Shown one piece after another: positions 13,701-26,534 of a stretch of 64,000 bases of DNA. The stretch is from Mytilus trossulus (lineage: Eukaryota). Both the position numbers and the translations under genes were made by a program. Where the stretch lies: the NCBI RefSeq assembly GCF_036588685.1, contig NC_086373.1, forward strand, positions 21,886,001 through 21,950,000, read 5' to 3'. The notes beneath the pieces are model-generated. The model saw only the letters and a list, made by a program, of their open reading frames with translations, made no database searches and was not told the DNA's origin. Within the stretch, counting starts at the first letter, position 1. Every line of letters starts with the position of its first letter.

Positions 13701-16700
13701 AAAAGTCTTCATGATTGAAAGTGAGATAACATAAATGAAATTGTCATAAATATTCCAATTGAACTCATTTCTGTTATTCAAATTTGTAGGTTAAAGAATA
13801 AAACCGGTTCTATTGTTGAATTCTTTTTAAAATGCTTTGGTTGCTGCCTGTGGTGCTTTGAAAAATTTATCAGCTTTTTGAATAGTAATGCATATGTTGA
13901 AATTGGTAAGTATAAATTCAAGAAAAAGATTGTTTTAAATTTATTTGTTTGCAAATTTTGTACTCTGGAGCAATAAGGTGTTTTTGTCAACACATCTACA
14001 AGGGAGTGGATGAAGCAATGCTTCAAAGTGGAGACTGAAATAAATAAATAAGAAAACATAATGTCTTTGTATCTTATACAATATCGACTGTCAAACCTTA
14101 TGATTAAAAAAAATCTATAAAACAAAACGACAACCAAAAGTAATGAAAAACAATACACAACATACATATAGCAGGATAATAAAACATTCTAATGCAATTA
14201 GTTTGTAACGATAATTTTCATTGGACGTTGATAAATATTTTGAGGGGTTAGATTCCACGTTCTACCAGTCCGTAACTAAGAAAGCCACCATTTTGAATTC
14301 CGATTTTTTTGGGATATATAATTTCTCAAAAAATAAACAAGATATTCACATTTTGAGCCTCAAAATCTTCTTTTTGTCAATATTGAAAACATCATGTAGC
14401 GTACGGAAAGTAAAAATACATTTAGTATTCATGTTTGACATCCAGATCTGACACATGACGTCACATTGTTAAGATGCTAAAGACAATGCGACAGTTTCGC
14501 GGACTTTTTCGTTTATGTCATTTTTAAGCCAAAATATTTAGTAAATGACATTTATTTTAAGATGCGGCATTAGAATGGAGATAACTGTATTGTATTTTAA
14601 GCTTGGCCTTCGTAAAACTTGATTTTACTGTCGCAAATATCCGTTTACCTTTCTCCGCTCCGCGTCGCTAGGTAAACTCAATTTGCGACAGTAAAATCTA
14701 CGTTTTACGAAGGCCAAGCTTAAAATACAATACAGTTATCTCCTAAATATTAAGAGGACTTGTACTTGTAAACACTCAAACAACTGAATTTCAAGAAATT
14801 TATAACAATTAATAAAAATTCCAGAAGGACACCATAACACATAAAAAGAATACCTGGAATATCCAAAATAACTGTCCTAACAACATGCAATACTAATTCC
14901 TACAAAAATCTCATATAAAAAACATAGATGAACAAGTAAATACGAACAGCAAGGAAAAAAATATATGTGTCCTTACTTTGTAGAAGCAAACGAATGGTTA
15001 TTATTAAATCAGTTTAAGATGAGTTCAGATCCCTCTTTGCCTATCTAGATCATTGCCGCTATTTCGGGACATAGTGTAGCTCGTATGGTTGAGAAATAAT
15101 ATAATATTCAGGTACGACGAGACGAAGTGAACACAATAATAATCAGAAACCAAAATTAAAAAAACGTCACAAGATACAGCATGTAGGCATAATTGCAAAT
15201 ACTAAATAGGACAAAAATTGAGGAAAATGTCACCAGAATTAATCCATCAATAAAGTCAGTTAACAATTGAATAGTACCAGATAACTCAGTTGTCAATTGA
15301 TTGGTACAAAAGTCTTTAATATCAAACATGTTTCATAACTATATAATGATTATCTTTCAGCTATAACTGGTTATGGATTTTGTCATTCAGCTAGGCGTGC
15401 ATTTAAAATAGTTGTCGGCAATGCATTACGGTTGGCAGCTATAAACTCTGTAGGAAGTTTTACACTTTTCCTGGGAAAACTTGCCCCATTATCAGTTGTT
15501 ATAGTGTTAGGATTAAAATTATTAGCGGTAAGTTTTGAAGTATCTTGTATTAAAGAGGGGAAATCCAACTTGCCCCTTTATCAGTTGTTATAAAATTAGG
15601 ATTGAAATTATTAGCGGTAAGTTTTGAAGTATCCTGTTTTAGGGAGGGGAAAGCCTACTTTTAAAATTATATATCTCAACCCTGGCTATGTAACACGTAT
15701 ATAAAGTTTTGATTGATTGCTGTTTGATTATAGCAGTCATTTACGTACAGGACAAGAACTGTAATATGAGCTGTCATGATTACAGGAAGGGTATTATAAG
15801 TAAGATGTGACAATTTCACTATCAAAAGACCAATCCAGAGATCCTGAAATGATTTTTTTACGTATTGTAAGGATAAAACCCTCCCATCATATCAAAATTG
15901 ATTGGATTTATATGAAGGGGTCAACATTCTGACTATGTGTACCTTGTGTTGATATCTCTTGTACAGCTGCAGTCGTCCTTTTTTAATCCCTGTCTCTTCA
16001 AGCTAAAATACCGAAGGTGGTTAACGCAATATAACAACATACTGATCCAATAATTTCATAGTTTGGTTTTTTGATGTATCGAAATCTTGAAAAGTTCTTT
16101 GTGTGGGATTGAACATTTAAGCTTGGCAGAGAAAAATTTAAAAGGGAAAATATCTATTTATTCTCATTTCATATATTTTTTTCTGTTTATTTTGATATTA
16201 TATAAATGTACATCTACACTGAAACTGGAAAGATAATTGCACTACTTAATTGTGAACATAAATGTTTCATTCGTAACAATTATATCACGAATAATTATAA
16301 AAATACTTGTCCCTATAATATATAAATATATATTCGGCAATACTTGTTTCTTTTCAAGGAAATCCAACACAAAAGTATCTATAAACTTGAATATCAATTA
16401 CAATGTTAATTTGAACAAAATAGTTTTGCTTGAATCAATGACAACAAAATAAGTGTTTAATATTTCGTGAATTTTTCTATGTTATCTTTGTAGAATCGAG
16501 GAGACATTTTTTATCCGTGGTTTCCAATAACTATATCATGCATTGCTGCATTTATAATTGCAAGTTGTTTTATGGGTATATACGAGGTATGTTCAATCTA
16601 TTACATATAAGTTTATTATTAGACTTAGACCGATGTTCCGTCTACATATACAGTCATAATTCAATTTGCGGTTTATAATCAATGTCAAAACTTGTTTTCT

Positions 16701-19700
16701 CTTATTTTTGTACTATTTATATATTTCCTGAGCGGTGTGAGAAAAATATTTCTCCTCACTAGTGAAAAATCTGTTCTCGGCAAATGATTAGTCGAAATTT
16801 GATTATGACGTCTAAATGTTTTGTTTTATTCTGAATTTTCATATTGTGACGTCATGAAAAAAGGGTACAATGCCTGATGACGTCGCATATAAAGAACACA
16901 AGTTTCTGAAAATCTTTGAAAAAGAACGATAAAAAGCATTAGAGAAACAGATTCCGACACTATAACTCGTGTATTATGATATTTCGCCAGTCTCGACAGT
17001 TAAATTTTATTATTTAAAGAGCTCGGCAAGCCTCGCGCTTTAAATAATAAAATTTAACTGTCTCGAGTGGAGAAATATCGTAGTACACTTGTTGCAGTGT
17101 AAGAATCTATATATAATCCTCTGGTCAAGGTCCAGCTTGATGTCGGTTGTAACAAGAACTTATTCCGATAAGAAACTCGCCATCCCATGATCCCGTTCCT
17201 GTAGAAATCTATCTTCACCTGATCATTATCATGCTACTACACAACACTATACTATTCAATTATCGTGACTAATTTGATTCATGAACAGGAATGGCAAGAG
17301 AAATAGCATTGCATTCTAAAAAAACTTTTAGGGAACCTAAAAGGAAGAGGCAACAAATCAACCCTCCATAACATATTGTCTTTTTTACATTAATACATTC
17401 CAAAATAGAAACCGTGTATTACACGTGTTAGGAAAGTCGATACTACTGTTGTCATCTCCAAAAGTATAATATTTATTATCTGGCTAACCACTGAAATACG
17501 TTATTTATGGTATTCAATCATAATTAATCGAGCATTTTCAAAGACCCAAAATCATATCTCCCAATGGAAACAAACTATCGTTTGACTCTCATTCTATAAC
17601 GATTTTGAAAGGAAAAAAAGATTTAAGCAAGTTATTTTGGAAATCACAAGACCCCTGTTACACAAGATAAATGCTTGATGATTGATTTTAAAGATGCAAA
17701 TTCGGGTTTGTGTGTTCATTTGCCTAAAAACATTATCATTGCATGATTGGTAATAATTTGTTTTATACGAAAACGAGTACAGCACACATTTCAACTATTT
17801 CATTTAGTGCGCTCCAATGATCTCTCCATAGAGTTCCAAACTATCCTGAATGTCTATAAAAGTCTTATTGCGTGATCAAGATACACACGAAACTCACACG
17901 AAATTATTATTTAATTTTTTTTAGCATTTCTCTTTTTTCTCGGCGTTTTCTGTCTTAAATTATGTTTATTTTATGGTGTAAAAATTGGTGGTCAATTTAC
18001 CTTTGACTTATAAACTTGGGTTCTATATATTCAAACTGGTTAAGTTAAGTCAGTATATGTCGAACTATGACGAGTCTAGAGTGTTAACAATGATATCAGA
18101 TAAATTGTATGTCCAACTGCGACCCTAATGATCTTGAAAATAAACAGGACGCAAGATGTTAGTCATGACTAAGTGTTACTAAATATGGTAAAAATCCTAA
18201 AACGATGTTGAGTCTAGTTTTACTAATGTCATAAAGTGAATCAGTGTCATTTTAGATTTTAGACTATTTTTAACGAAGTATCAAAGTGAATAACTTTCAA
18301 TATCGTCCGTGTAAAATAAGCCCATCGTATATTAATATATGCAATTGCGTTTTATACTGTGAAATAACAAAGTGATTTTAGCTATAAAAGTCCGTGTAAT
18401 ATAAGCCCGCTGTGTATAATCAAGAAATTGATGTGCTCCTAACCACAGAAGGAAGTTACTGTGTATTATTTTTGTCTGTTTGTCTTTTTCTTTTTTAACT
18501 ATGGTGGTTTTTTTTTTATTTATGAGTTTGAATGCCTCTATGGTATCTTTCGCCCCTCCTATATCAAGAGTATAGAGGTGGAAAGATGGACGGAAGAAAG
18601 TTTTTTTTCTAAAATCAAAATCATGAGAAGAGTAACCTTAACAAATACCCTTGAAAATGATATATAATATATATATATATATATTCTTTTAGCTTAGTCT
18701 CATGATTGATATACATTGATCTTATAATGAATTTATTTAACATTTCCTGGTTCTTGAAAAAAATCTCTTCAGCAATTGCAAACACGCAAATACAGGTAAC
18801 AAAAATATTAAGGTTTTGTACTTTTAGAGATGGTCCTCAAATCAATTTGTATTTATCTTCCATCCAACACGAGCGCCAACAGTAGTATCGACTTTCCTAA
18901 CACGTCATTACACACTATTTTATTCACTCATGCTCTATAATGTTGTCGATTCATTAGTTATTCGTCGTCATGGTTTGTGCCACAATGTTTCACTTAATTG
19001 TCTGCTTATTTTAGTTTTGTCACTTTTATAACGACTGTGGCCTTTTTACACCGTGGATAATCTTTTACTTTTTATATTTTCAACATTTAAACAAAACAGA
19101 TCATAATTTGAAAGTTAATGAACCAAAAACACGGGATCAATTCAAAAGCAACACAAATCGAAATCACAAGAAAAAAGCAGCAAAGTACAGAGAAATTGCC
19201 ATACCAAACCTAATTGAGAATACTCTTTCGTTCCTGACAGTCTTCTCCTTAAAATTATTCCTATCATTTAATTATATTAAGGTATATATTCATTATGAAA
19301 ACCCTTGTGCTAACACCAGTATAATGAAACCAATAATAACAGAAGAACCAAAGAGGTATTCTTTATCATCAACCATGTCCTGTAATGGATGGGCAAGATT
19401 CGGTTTCCGATTTGGAATATAACTTTTTAATTACATTAAACGGCCGTTTTAGTTTCGAAAGTCGATTAACGACGTTGCGTTGATGTGGTTCCAAAAATAC
19501 TGACGACTAAATTATTTTAAATATATAAAACTGCTAGCGATGAATGATGAATTCAGTTATCAATTTGATGCGAAAACATACGAAAAACTCTTTATCGAGT
19601 AACACTAATGCCAAATTTTTGTAAGATGTTATTTAATTATATTGGTCTTCGACACAAAGTTAGATAAGTAGTCACTTCAGAGACAACTATACACAGTTCA

Positions 19701-20228
19701 TGTTTTTTCAGCATACTTTATCTTTTATTCCAGAAGTGTATTGATACAATATTTATTTGTTTCTGTGAAGACCACGAACTTAATGATGGAGAACTAAAAC
19801 CCTATTTTATGAGTCTTGGATTGATGGTAATAATGAAAACAAATAAATGTGTTTCATAATAACAATAAAGTACTCAAACATGTTGTTTTTTCAGACTTCT
19901 TGTGTTTAGAGTGATGAATTGGTGTAACATTATCAAAACAATATTAAACGTACAATGATTAACAAACGATGTTTAGAATTTAAAAAAAAGTTAATTGAAC
20001 ATTTAATGATTTATTGCAATGCATAAAGATGTGAAGAGTATAGACTGAACACATTTAGTATGTATCTTAAATGATTTAATAACATTTGCAATTTCTTAAA
20101 CAGAGGTTTAGTATCAGGATTCAGATTTTAAACTTTATGACAGTCAATATATCCTCTTTTTTTTTCTTTTTCAGAAGTATGTAAAAAGTCAATCAAGTAA
20201 TAATGTTGAAAATATTGCGCATATTTAG
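7749..20228 (+). CDS. SLC44A1: Choline transporter-like protein (CTL1/SLC44 family), 13 C-terminal exons, about 365 aa, 5'-partial
   Basis: Phase-consistent AG/GT exons: 7749-7827, 8453-8500, 9688-9759, 10686-10752, 11185-11246, 11591-11697, 12257-12310, 12892-12978, 13790-13905, 15361-15527, 16494-16586, 19734-19826, 20175-20228 (TAG). Peptides [70 protein letters not shown] and [17 protein letters not shown] match CTL1 as I recall it. The symbol is family-level; orthology is untested. Confidence 0.92.
9195..9320 (+). repeat. Representative copy of a high-copy dispersed repeat (aagaagatgtggtatgattgccaatgagacaact... family)
   Basis: Related copies at about 10075-10390, 13030-13220, 39005-39300 (+) and 24200-24520, 41190-41505, 49490-49622, 56855-56935, 60240-60375 (-). 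Confidence 0.75.
14577..14743. mobile_element. Near-perfect 167-bp hairpin element with a GC-rich apical loop
   Basis: ggagataactgtattgtattttaagcttggccttcgtaaaac pairs perfectly with gttttacgaaggccaagcttaaaatacaatacagttatctcc; loop ctccgctccgcgtcg. Confidence 0.8.
15478..15659 (+). repeat. 89-bp tandem duplication spanning a CTL exon end and its splice donor
   Basis: aacttgcccc.ttatcagttgttata...attattagcgGTAAGTtttgaagtatc at 15478 and 15567. Confidence 0.9.
16720..17113. mobile_element. Hairpin-ended element (fold-back 16949-17108, loop ctcggcaagcctcg)
   Basis: gacagttaaattttattatttaaag pairs with ctttaaataataaaatttaactgtc; same architecture as 14577-14743 and 46842-47107. Confidence 0.7.
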
Positions 20229-20734
20229 TCCATTCTGTTAGCTGTACCAAAGATGTTCAAGAAAACTTCATGCTTATTCAAAGCAACAATTCTTTTGATA
20301 TGATGGCGAATATATGCATCAAACAAAATAATAATTATATATTTTGATAATGTGTATTGACTTTAATTTGTTGTTAATTATTGCCCTAACGATAAGCTCG
20401 TTTTGATAGATAAGACGTAAACTGCTTTTGATATAAAGTGAAAAACAACCATTTTCTTTCCAATCCTTATTTCATATTTAGCGGGTTTCATACAAAAAAG
20501 GTTGCAGGTATTACCATTATTCGTATAACAAAATGACGTTCTCATTTCACCAAAGGTTAACAAATCATTAGTCAGGACTTTGTCTAAAAATTTCGTATTA
20601 ATGTATTCTTGTAACAAAATATCCTTAACGTTCAAGAAAAATTTACCTAAGTTTGATGAAATTTAGCCATAGCTGTCACGATTAAAATGACCAATAACCG
20701 GTGTGGACCTGCTACCCTTCATAGAAAAAAGTAA

Positions 20735-21450
20735 ACTTACAAAAAACCGAACTCTGAATAAAATCCAAACAAAAAATCCCTAATAAAATGGCGTAATAAA
20801 AATTTCTAACACACCAAGCGAATAGATTTCAACTTTCGTGTTCCTAACTTGGTACAGGCGTTTTCTTATGAAAAATAAGATTAAATAAACCTTGATTTAT
20901 AGCTAACTAAACCTCTCACTTATACGACAGTCGCTTAAAATCCCATTATATTGACAACAATATGGGAACAGAATAAACAGACATAATAGATGAAAATGCC
21001 AAAAATAGGGGTACAGCATATTTACCATTATAGCACTATAACAAAATGACGGGGCCACGCCAAATGGATATTAGCAAAAATAGATGAAAAAGTAATTTTC
21101 ACATAGAAACATACAAGAATACTATAACAAGTTATTAAGATATAAAACAACGTCAGTACCTAGAGGCAATATACCATCGTGTATTATTTGTAAAGTTGAT
21201 GCAATATTTGTCAATAAGGGGTTTGTATCTTCCGATGAACTTTGATTAGAAAAAGGACGAACCGTTCCTTGACATACCCCGGATTAACAAACTGTCTGCT
21301 CAGACTCTGGAGACATTTTAAAAGGCCTGAGTTGCAGATGCTAGCTCTTGAATACCGAAGTTGGGTAATGTATATCAGGTGAAGTTGTTATAATGCTACT
21401 TAGGCTGAATAAGTTATGTTTTGAAATCTAAAATCGTCTAGTTTGTCTTA
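20735..21450 (-). pseudogene. Degenerate Penelope-like element, RT C-terminal region plus 3' repeat
   Basis: The reverse complement of about 21200-21450 gives decayed DKxDDF...QLRYSRA...GYVKERxVLF...KFIGRY similarity; 20735-21200 is the reverse complement of the repeat at 35100-35449 and 59560-59840. Confidence 0.6.
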
Positions 21451-21542
21451 TATTATGTACTGGAATGACCGTGTTTTTCCAATTTTATGTATAACTCTTA
21501 AAATGAGGCGGTGAAAGCTGTGCCTGTTGTTTCTTTAATTTC

Positions 21543-22358
21543 TTTGGCTTTTTAACTATTTTGATCTGAGCGTCACTGATGAGTCTTATGTAGACGAAAC
21601 GCGCGTCTGGCGTATAAAATTATAATCCTGGTACTTTTGATAACTATTTACACCACTGGGTCGATGCCACTGCTGGTAGACGTTTCGTCCCCGAGGGTAT
21701 CACCAGCCTAGTAGTCAGCACTTTGGTGTTGACATGAATATCAATTATATGGTCATTTTTATAAATATTCTGTTTACAAAACTTTGAATTTTTTGAAAAA
21801 CTAAGGATTTTCTTACCCCAGGAGTAGATTACCGTAGCCATATTTGGCACAACTTTTTGGAATTTTGGATCCTCAATGCTCTTCAACTTTGTATTTATTT
21901 GGCTTTTTAACTATTTTGATCTGAGCGTCACTGATGAGTCTTATGTAGGCAAAACGCGCGTCTGGCGTATAAAATTATAATCCTGGTACTTTTGATAACT
22001 ATTTACACCACTGGGTCGATGCCACTGCTGGTGGACGTTTCGTCCCCGAGGATATCACCAGCCCAGTAGTGAGCACTTCGGTGTTGACATGAATATCAAT
22101 TATATGGTCATTTTTATAAATATTCTGTTTACAAAACTTTGAATTTTTCGAAAAACTAAGGATTTTCTTACCCCAGGAGTAGATTACCTTAGCCGTATTT
22201 GGCACAACTTTTTGGAATTTTGGATCCTCAATGCTCTTCAACTTTGTATTTATTTGGCTTTTTAACTATTTTGATCTGAGCGTCACTGATGAGTCTTATG
22301 TAGACAAAAAGCGCGTCTGGCGTATAAAATTATAATCCTGGTACTTTTGATAACTATT
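21543..22358 (+). mobile_element. Non-LTR retrozyme: about 2.3 tandem copies of a 355-bp unit delimited by three type I hammerhead motifs
   Basis: CTGATGA cores at 21576, 21931 and 22286 (exact 355-bp period); units are near-identical. Confidence 0.9.
21570..21613 (+). ncRNA. Type I hammerhead ribozyme with intact core; predicted cleavage after C21607
   Basis: gcgtca-CTGATGA-gtct(tatgt)agac-GAAA-cgcgcg-TC-tggcgt: stem I gcgtca/tggcgt with G-U pairs, 4-bp stem II, minimal palindromic stem III (acgcgcgt), GUC triplet. Confidence 0.9.
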
Positions 22359-25300
22359 ATACATTATACATATTATACTGTATCCGTTTGTTAGTAATAT
22401 AAATCCGTTGATACTTTCTAGTTTTCCATTTCACATAACTTCAATTTAAGTTCTATTACTTAGACCTACAGTGAAATGGATTTTATTTCAGATATTGTAA
22501 AACTTTTGTAGTTCTTTCTTATTGCCATTCCATATAAAGTCGCAATCATAAAAAAAAATTGATTAATTTCTATGTATGGGAACAACTCCATAAAAATTAA
22601 AAAGTGAACAACTAAAAATATATTAATAAAAGAGAGGCGATAAATACATAACAAACATTCAAACTCATATATGGACATCGTCGACGTCATAACTAAAAAC
22701 GAAAAAGACCAACAAACAAGCAATAGTACAAAAACACAACATAGAAACACAAACCCTATAAAAAACGAGGAGGTGAACTCAGGTGATCTAAAAGAATTAA
22801 CAGATCCTGCAATGATTGTTTCGCCATTAACCTCTATCAGTATAATGTAAAATGGAGACTTTTAAAATAATCTATGCTATGCTGATTGTAATATTTATTT
22901 CATTTGTGAAATTCTTAGTTTCAAGTATTGTGGACCACATTAAAAAAGAATTATTCTGTATTTGTTTTCCTAAGTGTACACTTCGGCAGGTGAAATTCAA
23001 AATAATAAATAATAATCATACACTATTGAACTTAAATTGGCGTACCAGCTGCTTCGTATCCTGTTTTTTTTTCCAAAGAAAAATAGATTTTTATCTCATA
23101 TTTAATCGATAGGGTCAGGTTGTCACGTTATGTAGTAATTATGCCACATACACTAGTAGCATTATATAACTTTTTTTTTGAAAATCATACTTTTAGGCAG
23201 ATTTAAAGTTTTCAGTTTGTTTTCAAGATATCAAAACTTTTCCATCATAATGGTATGTATTATCAATGTTTTTTTCTTTTGGTTCATTGTTATTTGTTTT
23301 ATTTGTTTCAACAATTTTAGCTCTCAAAATCTTGTGTTGTATAACAGATTTTTTTTTATCATTGAAGGATACATTATTTACCATTATCATGTTTTGACAA
23401 AATCTAGTTTAAATTTTGGTTTTCCAAGTATTTGATCTTGAGCGTATCATACTTATTGTTTAAAGTACAACTCATTCTAAAAGCACAGCTATAATTCTAT
23501 CAAAGATATTATTGTCTCTCTGGCCGCGCATTTCATGTTTTAATTCTAAATTCTATTTATAGTTACATACACATTGATTTTGGTAGATGCTGTTTCTTCT
23601 ATCAGTCAGGCTTCTACTTCGACAAAATTAAAGTAAATAAAAAGATGCACTCGATTTTGTCTTTTCGATACAATTGTTACCCATTTTTTTGATTTTTTTC
23701 TTGAGTCACATAATGGAGCACGAAAATTATTGAACTAATAGATTGATATTTTCTCCGTCCGTGGTAATTCAAAAAAGAAAATCGGAGGTTTATTTTTTTA
23801 CATCCAACTTGATAGATATCCATGTCGTCGACTTGATATCTAATTGTTCTGCATTACTATGAAATAGATGAATTGAAAACTTATGCAAATGCTGTTTTTA
23901 AAATAAAACACTTCCTCATTGAAAAGAAAATTGTCGTATGATTTGTTTCTATTAATTTTAATAAAAATATGTTACTATGGTAAACATTTCAATAAGCATT
24001 TATCGCCTTCTCTAACAAAGAGCTTCGATTCTTTTGTTCTATTTCCACTTGGTTTCCGCCTGCTATGTATCGATCTGACGAGTATATTGGTACACTGTGT
24101 TTAGTTTAAACATTTGCTTCAATATGCAAAAGGGATGAGACACAAGTTACTCAAACTTATATAGTATTCTCCCGTGTTCTTATGTTGTAGTGGTACACCA
24201 CTATCCTCGGTTATGTGAGGGTTGGCGCCTTAAAACATGTTTAACCCCGACACATTCTACAGTAGTCTTTAGTTCAGTGGTTGTCGTTTGTTCATGACCG
24301 TCATATGTATTATGTGTAAATTGTTTTATTTTAATTAGGCCGTTATTTTTTCTAACGGAATTGTTACATATTTTTTTTATGTTGGGGCCTATTATAGTTG
24401 ACTAATATGGTCTTGTTTTTTCTCACGGATGCCGGCGTTTGCTAACATCAATTTCATTTGAACTTGGTGAAAAGTTGTTGTCTTATTGGCAATCATACAA
24501 TTTCTTCTTATTTTTATATAATGTACACATATATAAATGTTAGTGTGCACACTTTGTTTGTTGAAATAACCCTCGGGAAGTCAAAACATACAACTCATAT
24601 TTCATTGAACAAAGACATCAAGAACAGATAACATAAAGTCGTCAATGGTCAACTTTGTTTTCAAGAAATTGGACTATCACACTGAACAGTAGTTTCATTA
24701 AAATACGTATCAAATAAATTACGCTAAGACACATCCTTGGACATTAAAAATATATAATCAGCAACATGGGATTAAATCTCCTTAAACAAAATGCTCTTAT
24801 TTCGTCGGTAGTGGCCAATTTATTAAATTGAGATGTATTTTCTGAACATTTCGTGTTTATAAACCATATAATAATATTACTAAATAAAGATTGCGCATTT
24901 AACCTCTGCAGAGGTTTTGGCTGGCCTATTATATATTGTTTGATGTTGATTTTATATATTTTCAAAACAGTAGGTCCCCAGGTTTTATTCCCAATCATTT
25001 TAAAAATACCAAAAAATATGCATATTTTATTAGAATAATTATTTGATTTGTTGGAAAATGTTATGTATCACAATGACCAAATCCAAAGAAAACCGTAATT
25101 GGAAATAAAAAAATAACTATGGCATCTACCTCAGCAACTTCTTCACTTTATAGATCATAACTTACAAATAAACTAGAAATCAACTTTTGCATTATAAAGG
25201 TTTGATATTTATTAGTCGTACTTGCTATTGGTTCGACGGAAACAATGCTTAATTATTTCTATTCTTTAAAAATAATTATCATCTCAAGAAACAATCATTG

Positions 25301-25412
25301 TCGTGTTGACAATTGTAGACTTCTACAAAAAAGCCGATCATCAGTGCATATTGTAATGATTTTTTTTAATGTTATTTAGATTCACTTTATAACACCACTG
25401 TTTTATTTTTAG

Positions 25413-26534
25413 CAAGTCGCCTGTTTGTCAAGGATACTTTTTATTTGCCTCGCCCTTTTTGTTGTAAATGACGCAAAAAAGGACCAATGTTGTGCAAATG
25501 ACGTGTTGCATAAAAGTATTAATTACCAGTTCGATTTGATCGACGAAAATGCAGGATGTGGTCGCGCGAGTTCAGGTTAGTGAAATTGTCGTATGTTTTT
25601 AATTTAAAAAAAGCGTCGGGACCTCCATTACACTACAAAGAGTGCGACATTTGCGTGCCTAAGTCTCGTTATATATAAAATAAGCACGGCAATGAATAAA
25701 AATCGTTACATGTAATAATAGACGAGATGATCAGTTTCATACGCAAAAGATTATTAAGTAAGTCAAAACAGCAAATTGAACATAAGACGATATGAAAAGG
25801 ACAACTTTGTAGTCTTTTAAATTGCAAAATTAGAAAGCTGGTTATGAATTACTAGTAACCATATACTGTATTAACAACATTTTATTCAAATCTGAATTTA
25901 AGTATGATGTAAATCAAATTACTAGCATTAAAAATTCCTTAAGTACAAAAAATAATATAAAATATATTAAGTGAAATTTAATTAGAAGGGCATGTCGTAT
26001 TAGACATACCATAGGATATCATTTAATATGAAATAACCAATACTAGTCGAGTACATTTGGATCAAACTATATAAATACAAAAGTTTATACATGAATGTGT
26101 AACTATAAAAGTGTTAAAAAATTTCTAATGCAGGTGAAGATAAGACAGCATTTTTGGCCCGATTGGAGAAAAACTTATCTAGTCTTTCAAAGCATTCCAC
26201 TCTGATATTCCAGACCGTCCTTACTAATGTTGGAGATGGATACAACCCCTCGCATGGAGTGTTTACAAGTAAGCGTAAAGGTGCATACTTCTTTTCTTGG
26301 ACCACTTTGACTAAGATAGGAAACATGTTTCCAACAGAAATTGTACTGAATGGTAACCAAGTAGGGGTAAGAAACCATGGGTATGGGAATAGGCATTCTG
26401 ACCATAACCAGCCATCTACACAAAATGCAGTTGTTGCAATGCAAAAAGGAGACAGGGTCTGGATCAGGGCCTCAATAGATAATGGATACTGCTTTGCAGA
26501 TCAGTGGACCAGCTTCTCTGGATTCGAAACATGA
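25413..26534 (+). CDS. Secreted globular-head C1q domain-containing protein; first (ATG) exon not located
   Basis: Exon 25413-25575 (QVACLSRILFICLALFVVNDA..., signal-peptide-like; phase 1 GTTAG donor) joins exon 26134-26534 (TAFLARL...IFQTVLTNVGDGYNPSHGVFT...GAYFFSW...MQKGDRVWI...TSFSGF*), which carries canonical gC1q motifs. Confidence 0.88.

Noticed and set aside
21644-22241. Duplicated 80-aa ORFs on the minus strand
   Set aside because: Antisense frames of the retrozyme unit with non-ATG starts; no coding evidence.
24500-24660. Possible TATA box and ATG|gt first exon of the C1q gene
   Set aside because: The donor (atg|gtcaac) is weak and TATA-like words are ubiquitous at this AT content.
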